64,000 bases of DNA from an uncultured Bdellovibrionales bacterium (lineage in GTDB: Bacteria > Patescibacteriota > Minisyncoccia > Moranbacterales > UBA1568): the NCBI GenBank assembly GCA_964612055.1, contig CAZTBI010000001.1:292824-356823 (forward strand), in the 5' to 3' direction. The notes below the pieces were generated by a model that saw nothing but the letters and a program-made list of their open reading frames with translations, did no database searches and was not told the origin of the DNA. The position numbers and the translations under genes are program-made. Below are positions 57,378 to 64,000 of this stretch, in pieces. The number at the start of each line of letters is the position of its first letter. Within the stretch, counting starts at the first letter, position 1.

Positions 57378-57462
57378 CCTATTACTAAAAAAAGCGAGTG
57401 GAACGAAAGTTCACTTTCGTTTCCGAGCGAGTGCCAGTAAAATCAGGCGAATGCCTGTTATT
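57378..57462 (+). repeat. Structured repeat family B, copy B3
   Basis: GGAACGAAAG-TTCA-CTTTCGTTTCC and CAGGC-GAAT-GCCTG hairpins. Aligns with B1/B2. Confidence 0.7.
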
Positions 57463-59161
57463 TTCGCTTCATATCTACAAGTTTGAGCTGAAGCGAAGTC
57501 GAGCCGTTCCAAGTATTTTCGTCCAAAGTAAAAGCAACATCGAGAACATCATTTTCCTTGAGATCAGGAAAGTTTTTCCCGAAGGAAAAGCCGATGGCAT
57601 CAAAACACTTCACTCCGCCTTGTGGCACGAGTGAGAGCTTGAGATGTTTCGCTCCGTTTCCCACGAGCCGCGCCTCACGTACTACCGCGTTCTCGAGAGC
57701 AAACACGGGCTCCGGATTCCCTTCGCCAAATGGTGCAAATGCCATAAGATCCCGGTACAGCTTTGGGGTCAGATGCTCCGGTCTTACTACGACATCGATC
57801 CACTGCTCCGGTTCCGTCACCACGTCAACCAATTTCTTTTCGACGAGCGCATTGAATTTCTCATAAAATTCATCCATACGATCATTCTTGATGGTCATCC
57901 CAGCTGCCTGGGCATGGCCACCATACTTCTCGAGCATATCACCACACTCCTCAAGCGTTTCGATGATGTTGAGTTCCGGAATGCTGCGAAATGATCCCGT
58001 GCTGGTCAGTTCACCCTTGGTCATGATACAGGTCGGCTTGTGGAGCTCATGAGCGATACGACCAGCGATCAAACCTACGACACCATAGGGAAAGTGTTCG
58101 TCAGCAGCAAAAATAAATTTTTTATCAGCATATTTTTCCAAAGCGATTTTTCGTACCTGATCCGTTACTTCCGTACTAATTTTCTGACGTCTCACATTAC
58201 AGTCCTCAAGCTCAAGAGCGAGTATTCGAGCTTCTGCCTGGTCTCGTTCCATGAGAAGACGGTGAGCCAACATAGCGTGCGCCATCCGTGAAGCCGCGTT
58301 GATACGCGGCGCAATCTGAAAACCAATCATCCGGGCATTCGGCTGGTTGTCCTCATCAATCTTGATTTTTCCTACCGCAAACATCTCCTGAAATCCAACT
58401 CGACGCGTTTTAGAAAGGACGATCAGGCCATACTTCACGATCACGCGATTCTCACCGATAAGCGGCATGACATCGGCCACTGTGCCAGTAGCCACCACAT
58501 CAAGGAGCCACTTCAACTGATCGGTTTCTTCCGGCAAATAACGCTGATAAAGCGCCTGCGCCACCTTGAAGCTCGTCCCGGCACCGCAGAGCTCTCGGAA
58601 AGGATAAGTTTCGGTCGGGACTTTCGGATTGACGATAGCGTACGCTTCGGGCATCACTTCCGGCACATGGTGGTGGTCGACGACGATAGTAGCAATACCA
58701 CGCCGCTTGGCTTCGGCTATAGCATCGTGGTTCATGATGCCGCAATCAAGCGTCAAAACCAGTTTGATACCCTTGCTTTCGAAAAAATCGACAGCCAGAG
58801 TATTGAAGCCATGGCCTTCGTTTACCTTTTCTGGAATGTAGACTTCGACCGGTACACCAATCGCCTGCAACGCTTCACGCATAATAACCGATGAGGTCAC
58901 GCCGTCCGCATCAAAATCACCAAACACTCCCACTGTTTCCAGATTAGCTCGTGCTTCACCGAGACGTGTCACGATCTTTTCCATATCCCGAAAGAGAAAC
59001 GGGTCATGGATATCACGCTCAAAATTTGGCGAGAAGAAAAGATCACGAGCCTCCTTGTCGACATAGCCACGCTCCTTCAAAAGCGCTTCCGTCACCGGGT
59101 GGAGCTCTTCGTTCCCGCTGCTCTCCGGCAGTTTTGCAATTTTATATTTCCATTGAGGCAT
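57458..59161 (-). CDS. recJ: Single-stranded-DNA-specific exonuclease RecJ
   Basis: DHH (VVDHHH) and DHHA1 domains. 567 aa. Confidence 0.9.
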   Translation of the reverse strand: MPQWKYKIAKLPESSGNEELHPVTEALLKERGYVDKEARDLFFSPNFERDIHDPFLFRDMEKIVTRLGEARANLETVGVFGDFDADGVTSSVIMREALQAIGVPVEVYIPEKVNEGHGFNTLAVDFFESKGIKLVLTLDCGIMNHDAIAEAKRRGIATIVVDHHHVPEVMPEAYAIVNPKVPTETYPFRELCGAGTSFKVAQALYQRYLPEETDQLKWLLDVVATGTVADVMPLIGENRVIVKYGLIVLSKTRRVGFQEMFAVGKIKIDEDNQPNARMIGFQIAPRINAASRMAHAMLAHRLLMERDQAEARILALELEDCNVRRQKISTEVTDQVRKIALEKYADKKFIFAADEHFPYGVVGLIAGRIAHELHKPTCIMTKGELTSTGSFRSIPELNIIETLEECGDMLEKYGGHAQAAGMTIKNDRMDEFYEKFNALVEKKLVDVVTEPEQWIDVVVRPEHLTPKLYRDLMAFAPFGEGNPEPVFALENAVVREARLVGNGAKHLKLSLVPQGGVKCFDAIGFSFGKNFPDLKENDVLDVAFTLDENTWNGSTSLQLKLVDMKRK

Positions 59162-59204
59162 AGTTCAAAATATACTACTTCATAACTTCCAATAGGTTTC
59201 CACT

Positions 59205-59327
59205 CCCAAGAATTCTCTTGGGCACGCCTGGAGCCGAAAGCATGGTCTTTCCGTTCTTACGGAAAGTTTCGGCGAAGAGTAGCGAAAACCCGCTGGGGTT
59301 TTCGTGGCACAAGAGAGTTGCTTGGGA
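59205..59327 (+). repeat. Structured repeat family A, copy A2
   Basis: CCCAAGAATTCTCTTGGG hairpin, GCCGAAAG..CTTTCCGT-TCTT-ACGGAAAG..TTTCGGC nested hairpin, GAAAACCC-GCTG-GGGTTTTC hairpin. Aligns with A1. Confidence 0.7.
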
Positions 59328-59377
59328 AGGAAAACCCCTATAGACAGCAAAAACAACAGCTTTTACAGTCTAACACA

Positions 59378-59406
59378 AAAGAAAAACCCGCGCTTTTCAC
59401 GCGGGA
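59378..59406 (-). terminator. Rho-independent terminator after dnaJ
   Basis: CCCGCGTGAAAAGCGCGGG followed by TTTTTCTTTT on the minus strand. Confidence 0.75.
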
Positions 59407-59425
59407 TTGCCCCTGAATATCAGAC

Positions 59426-60508
59426 TCATTCCAAATCACGAAGCGCTTCAATAGCCCGTTTTTCCTCTGAAGAAAGCTTTTTTGGAACAGTGAGAGTAAC
59501 AGAAACCAAGTGGTCACCGCGGCCATAACGCTGAAGATGTGGCGTCCCCTTACCCTTAATACGGAATACTTCCCCTGGCTGAGTACCGGCTGGAATCTTC
59601 ATGATCACTTCTCCTTCGATGGTCTCAATCGAGACCTTGGCTCCGAGCGTTGCCTCGGTGTAGCTCATGGCATACTGCGAAACAATATCGTCACCACGCC
59701 GAACCAGGGTCTTGTGCGGCCGGACATGAACATTGACGAAAAGATCTCCTGAGCGACTCCCTCTTTCTCCTGCCGCCCCATGACCGGAAAGTGAAAGCGT
59801 CTGACCATCACTGATACCAGCCGGAATATCAATCGAGACTGATTCTTCCCGTTGTGTTCGTCCAGCCCCGTGACAACTCTGACACTGCTCCGCATAAGTC
59901 TTGCCTCGTCCCTGACAACGATCACAGACCACTGCTTGCTGCATCGTCCCGAAAATACTCTGCATAGTACGGCGTACCTGACCAGCGCCATTACACTCCT
60001 TACACGTTGATTCTTTCGAACCGGGTTTTCCACCCGTTCCACGACACGTCTCACATTCTGACATTTTCCGAAGTGCGATATCACGCTTGGCGCCACGTAC
60101 CATTTCTTCGAAGGAAATTTCGACATCGACTTGGATATCAGCGCCCGCGTGCGACCGGCCACGGCCACCCATACGTCCACCAAACAAATCCGAAAAGACA
60201 TCCTCAAAGCCAGAACCATTGAAGTCAAAGCCCTGGCCATTGAAACCAGAAAAATCAAACCCACCAAATCCCTGGCCGGCACCGCCACCCTGCCCCTGGC
60301 TATGATAGTCCTGACCGGTATGATCGTAACGAGCGCGCTTTTCTTTATTTGAAAGCACCTGGTAAGCCTCATTGATCTCCTTGAACTTCTTCTCGTCGCC
60401 AGTACCCTTGTCAGGATGGTACTGGTGCGCCAGTTTCCGGAAGGCTTTTTTGATCTCGTCTGGGGATGCGCCACGTGCGACACCGAGCGTACTGTAATAA
60501 TCAGCCAT
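59426..60508 (-). CDS. dnaJ: Chaperone DnaJ
   Basis: J-domain HPD motif (YHPDK). G/F-rich linker. Four CxxCxGxG zinc-finger repeats. Confidence 0.9.
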   Translation of the reverse strand: MADYYSTLGVARGASPDEIKKAFRKLAHQYHPDKGTGDEKKFKEINEAYQVLSNKEKRARYDHTGQDYHSQGQGGGAGQGFGGFDFSGFNGQGFDFNGSGFEDVFSDLFGGRMGGRGRSHAGADIQVDVEISFEEMVRGAKRDIALRKMSECETCRGTGGKPGSKESTCKECNGAGQVRRTMQSIFGTMQQAVVCDRCQGRGKTYAEQCQSCHGAGRTQREESVSIDIPAGISDGQTLSLSGHGAAGERGSRSGDLFVNVHVRPHKTLVRRGDDIVSQYAMSYTEATLGAKVSIETIEGEVIMKIPAGTQPGEVFRIKGKGTPHLQRYGRGDHLVSVTLTVPKKLSSEEKRAIEALRDLE

Positions 60509-60564
60509 AGATACGGTAATAAAACTCTGTTATACGCCCTGTATGATAGCGGAAAAAACAAAAA

Positions 60565-60591
60565 TTAGCAATCCCTACAGAAGAGTGCTAA
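60565..60591. promoter_or_regulatory. CIRCE operator (HrcA-binding inverted repeat) upstream of dnaJ
   Basis: TTAGCAATC-N9-GAGTGCTAA versus consensus TTAGCACTC-N9-GAGTGCTAA (one mismatch). Lies 57 nt upstream of the dnaJ ATG. Confidence 0.7.
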
Positions 60592-60604
60592 CGTAGCCAT
60601 CCAA

Positions 60605-61636
60605 CTACGGGAGCAAGATATCCTGCTCCTTCATAACCTTTTCCAGCTTGATCCAGCCAAAAAACAAGGCTGCCCGGAAAAGAAGAAAGCTCCATACAAT
60701 CCAAAGAAATGATACCACTGATCCGAGAGGCAGGAGCGTCAGGAAAAGGAGTAGGCTCAACACAAACGGAATGATGGTTGGAGAAAAATGTTCCGAAGCC
60801 TGCTCTCCACTCAAAGCCGTAATGATCTTGTGCTGGATCGCTAAAGAAAAAACATCAGAAATTTTTTCGTCTCCAGAAACAACTCTTCCGACCAAAGAAG
60901 CAATTTGATCACGACCCGCACGGAGATACAACTCTTGTGAAACAGCCTTTTCATCAAGTACCTGGCCCAAGACTCCCTGTTTCAGATAATCCGCCAAAGT
61001 TGGCGATGCAGCTGCTTGAGAGAGAATATCTGGCGGAAGCGTTTCATCTTTCTTCAGGCTCAAGAGAAATTCATCCACCGTCGTCCCTTCAGTTGCGAGA
61101 CTTTTCCACTCGGGATAAAGATAGGATGAGGTTTTGAAAACAGCGGTAGCCGTTCCTTCTCCGATACTGAAACGCTTCACCAACTCTTCCCAAGATTCTT
61201 TCTGTATGGAAACAAAGTACGCCCCCGAAAGAGCCAAAGAAAGAGCCAAGACAAAGGTGAGTGATCCCGCTCTCACACTCCGAAAGAAATGAAAACGCAC
61301 CCGATCCGCAATCTCTTGCTGGGTAAATCTCGTACTCAAGAAAGCTAAGAATCCAGAGAAAACAGCGAGACCAAAATAATACCACGAATGAACAAAGAGG
61401 AAGCTGGGCAAGAAAAGAGCCAGTGCCCCAAGCAACTGAAGCCAAAACGCCTGCCAGACCACCGCACCAAGAAGAAAACCTGCCCCAAGAAACGAAAACC
61501 AAATCAGCGCTAACGAAGTATTGTAAGGATCCGGATTGAGCGACGCTTCAAAAAACACCTTCCACGAACCAAGAGAGAGGAGCCCGGTTACTAGAATTAT
61601 AAAGACTCCAAAAATTTCACGGTGAGTGAATTTCAT
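60605..61636 (-). CDS. Membrane protein, unknown function (4 N-terminal TM, soluble domain, 2 C-terminal TM)
   Basis: 343 aa. Hydrophobic ends with a central soluble segment of about 170 aa. No known motif. Confidence 0.5.
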   Translation of the reverse strand: MKFTHREIFGVFIILVTGLLSLGSWKVFFEASLNPDPYNTSLALIWFSFLGAGFLLGAVVWQAFWLQLLGALALFLPSFLFVHSWYYFGLAVFSGFLAFLSTRFTQQEIADRVRFHFFRSVRAGSLTFVLALSLALSGAYFVSIQKESWEELVKRFSIGEGTATAVFKTSSYLYPEWKSLATEGTTVDEFLLSLKKDETLPPDILSQAAASPTLADYLKQGVLGQVLDEKAVSQELYLRAGRDQIASLVGRVVSGDEKISDVFSLAIQHKIITALSGEQASEHFSPTIIPFVLSLLLFLTLLPLGSVVSFLWIVWSFLLFRAALFFGWIKLEKVMKEQDILLP

Positions 61637-61645
61637 GGCATTGAT

Positions 61646-62659
61646 TTAAAGACCATGGAGCGAGCGATTGCGGATATGCTCCTCAAACGTCTTGGCAAAG
61701 AATGTTTCTCCTGTATCGAGGTCGACCAAGAAATAAAAGTAGGGATTACTCTTTGGAAAAATAGCTGCCCGGAGCGACATGAGACTCGGACTACTGATTG
61801 GTCCTGGCGGTAAACCCTGATTGCGATAGGTATTGTATGGCGAATCAACTTCTGTGTCTTTGATGGTTGGCTGAAGCCGTGTGGTGCCATGGATATAATT
61901 GACCGTGGCATCACTCTGGAGCGGCTGACCGATAGCAAGACGCTTCCAAAAAATATCACTGATCATGTCACGTTCTTCCATAGTCCGACCCTCTTCTTCG
62001 ATGATGCTGGCCAAGGTCACGATAGAAAATAGGCTGTGCCCGGACTGCGCCACCCCCTGCCTGAGAGCAGCGTCATACCTCTTACCAAAATTCTTCAACA
62101 TTGAAACGATGATGTCCTCTGCTTTTGCTTCGGGAGCAAAAAAGTAAGTGTCAGGAAAAAGATACCCTTCGAGCGAGGCATTCTGTGGTAAATCACTCAA
62201 GAAATCAAATTCTGTTCTCCAAGAAGGATTTGGTTTCTGTGCCAAGATAAGAAACTCTTCACCGGGAAGACTATTGGCCGTCAGTCGCTCAGATATCTTC
62301 TGCGCTGTCCATCCTTCAGGAAAAGTCACTTTAATGTCTCGAGAAATCGTCTTTCCAGAAGTCACCATGAGCGCTATTTCCGGAACAGTCATCGCTCCTG
62401 AGAGCATGTATTGTCCAGCGATCACCTGACGCGTTTTCTCTTCGTGAAAGAGATACCAGAAAAAAGTGTAGCGAGAAAAAATAACACCACTCTCCTCGAG
62501 GCGCTTGCCCAGAGTCAGGACGTCCTCATTAGGCCTGACATCGAAGCGCTGCTCACTTTTCAGTGTTCCGGTAAAATGATCCGTGGCATACGAACCAAAG
62601 AGAAAAAACCCGACTACCGCGAGAGAGAAGAAAGCAGCAATGAAAATAAAGACGCGCAC
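61646..62659 (-). CDS. mltG: Endolytic murein transglycosylase MltG (YceG-like)
   Basis: N-terminal TM. YceG motifs LEGYLFPDTY, LQSDATVNY, YNTYRNQGLPPGPI. Confidence 0.85.
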   Translation of the reverse strand: MRVFIFIAAFFSLAVVGFFLFGSYATDHFTGTLKSEQRFDVRPNEDVLTLGKRLEESGVIFSRYTFFWYLFHEEKTRQVIAGQYMLSGAMTVPEIALMVTSGKTISRDIKVTFPEGWTAQKISERLTANSLPGEEFLILAQKPNPSWRTEFDFLSDLPQNASLEGYLFPDTYFFAPEAKAEDIIVSMLKNFGKRYDAALRQGVAQSGHSLFSIVTLASIIEEEGRTMEERDMISDIFWKRLAIGQPLQSDATVNYIHGTTRLQPTIKDTEVDSPYNTYRNQGLPPGPISSPSLMSLRAAIFPKSNPYFYFLVDLDTGETFFAKTFEEHIRNRSLHGL

Positions 62660-62670
62660 ACGCGAGAGAA

Positions 62671-63114
62671 TTAGAGGCCGATTACCTGAATGACGACATC
62701 GCGTTTACGTGAACCGTCAAATTCCACAGCGAAAATATTTTGTCGTTCAGTCAGTATGAGTTTTCCTTTTTCTACCGGAATCGTTTCACTGTTCCCAAGG
62801 AGAATAGCCTTGCAATGAGAATGGCCGTTACTTCTACCATCTGCTGTACCGGACTTTCGACGGAGCTCAAAGAGGTCGTGGGAATACTGGGCGTCAACTG
62901 GCACGATCTTGTACAGTACACGCATGAAATCCTGAAGCAGCATCGGCTCATTGTGATTAATAGCCACACCCATCGTGGTATGCGGCACATAAACCAGCAC
63001 CTGCCCCTCACGGATACCGGAACGGTCAATGACCTCCTGAACCTGGTCAGTGATGTCTATAAACTCGATCTGCGCCTTACTCTCCAGATCAATTCTCTCC
63101 TTATGGATTTTCAT
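62671..63114 (-). CDS. YjbQ/UPF0047 family protein (secondary thiamine-phosphate synthase-like)
   Basis: HTTMGVAINHNE and NGHSHCKAILLG motifs. Confidence 0.8.
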   Translation of the reverse strand: MKIHKERIDLESKAQIEFIDITDQVQEVIDRSGIREGQVLVYVPHTTMGVAINHNEPMLLQDFMRVLYKIVPVDAQYSHDLFELRRKSGTADGRSNGHSHCKAILLGNSETIPVEKGKLILTERQNIFAVEFDGSRKRDVVIQVIGL

Positions 63115-63147
63115 ATTTTTTTTATTTTTCTCTCGAAGCCCGAAACT

Positions 63148-63459
63148 TTAGGCAGCTGCCAATGCTTCCTTGACCGTATCCTTGGACTGGACACCGATGA
63201 ATTCCTTCACTACTTGGCCACCCTTGAAAACCTTCATCGTTGGAATAGACATAATACCGTACTGTTCCGCGATCTCTGGGTGCTCATCGACATTTAACTT
63301 GCCTATCTTGGCAGTCGTGACTTCGCCGGACAATTCTTCAATTACCGGCCCCATGACCTGACACGGACCACACCATGGTGCCCAAAAATCAACCAATACC
63401 GGAGTATCATTCTTGAGTACTTCCTGATCAAAATTCTCTTTCGTAAATTCTACTGCCAT
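63148..63459 (-). CDS. trxA: Thioredoxin
   Basis: WCGPC active site. 103 aa. Confidence 0.9.
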   Translation of the reverse strand: MAVEFTKENFDQEVLKNDTPVLVDFWAPWCGPCQVMGPVIEELSGEVTTAKIGKLNVDEHPEIAEQYGIMSIPTMKVFKGGQVVKEFIGVQSKDTVKEALAAA

Positions 63460-63523
63460 AACATTACACTGAAAATAAATTACATCTTTAGTATACTCAA
63501 AATAACCCTGAAAGGCAAAATCC

Positions 63524-64000
63524 CTAGAGCACTCCTAATTGTTTTAAATCATTTTCCAATTTTTCATAACTCTCGAAGAGAATTGGCGTATATCCAACTT
63601 CATGAGCTGTAACCAGGCTCTTCTCCGTGTCATCAATAAAGATGAATTCACTCGGCTCCACAGATAACATTTTGCAGAACATCCAAAACGCCTCTTTCTG
63701 GGGTTTCATATACCCCATTTCTTCAGAAGAACCAATGACATCAACAAGTGGAGTTATACCTTGTGAGTCCAGCCGCTCCCTGAGAGTTGTGTTGTAATTA
63801 CTCAATATGCCAATCTTATACCCTTTTTCCCTTAACGTCTTGATGAGCTCAAGAATATCCTGATTCACTTTCTTTTGCGCGTTTACCTCATTGATAAATC
63901 GGACGAAATCTTCCACCTGTTCTGCCTTACCCATATCAGAGGCTACGGACCGCCACAAATCATCCATGCTCACTCCAAGGAGATTGACCTTGTGATTGTG
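63524..64000 (-). CDS. HAD-superfamily hydrolase, C-terminal part (5' end beyond window)
   Basis: HAD motif III/IV region (FIFIDDTEKSLVTAHEVG). The frame stays open to coordinate 64000. The listed start at 63973 is a GTG. Confidence 0.6.
   Translation of the reverse strand, partial: HNHKVNLLGVSMDDLWRSVASDMGKAEQVEDFVRFINEVNAQKKVNQDILELIKTLREKGYKIGILSNYNTTLRERLDSQGITPLVDVIGSSEEMGYMKPQKEAFWMFCKMLSVEPSEFIFIDDTEKSLVTAHEVGYTPILFESYEKLENDLKQLGVL

Overview
This 64 kb window looks like a gene-dense bacterial chromosome segment of about 45-48% GC. Its overall character is CPR/Patescibacteria-like, with many minus-strand genes, an ADP-forming acetyl-CoA synthetase, an archaeal-type AspRS and small proteins. 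Recognisable core genes include serS, lysS, aspS, pheST, tyrS, greA, frr, rseP, mreBCD plus PBP2, PBP1A, secDF, recJ, dnaJ, rnhA, mltG, trxA, an ABC-F ATPase and tRNA-Lys/tRNA-Val. Two surface-glycan loci are present. The first spans 1-8859 plus 13918-14580 and holds GT4 enzymes, an epimerase, a methyltransferase, an O-antigen-ligase-like protein and a Wzz/CapA-like co-polymerase. The second spans 34786-38812 and holds two GT4 enzymes, a second Wzz-like gene and a membrane metzincin. The first glycan locus is interrupted at about 8.9-13.9 kb by an island of about 4.9 kb and about 60% GC. The island encodes only exported proteins: two lipoproteins, a signal-peptide protein and a LysM protein. 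It carries its own near-consensus sigma70 promoter and a terminator-associated motif. Other notable items: a candidate operon speH (pyruvoyl SAM decarboxylase) - 6-TM protein - small TM protein - NNMT/PNMT-family methyltransferase, lying upstream of a 7TM histidine kinase and a double-REC response regulator; two families of short structured repeats with compensatory base changes (A at about 49.9 and 59.2 kb, B at about 4.4, 17.6 and 57.4 kb); a CIRCE operator upstream of a stand-alone dnaJ; several self-contained orphan genes with consensus promoters and terminators; and a MacAB-like HlyD/ABC/2xFtsX exporter. No CRISPR array, rRNA, integrase or transposase is visible.
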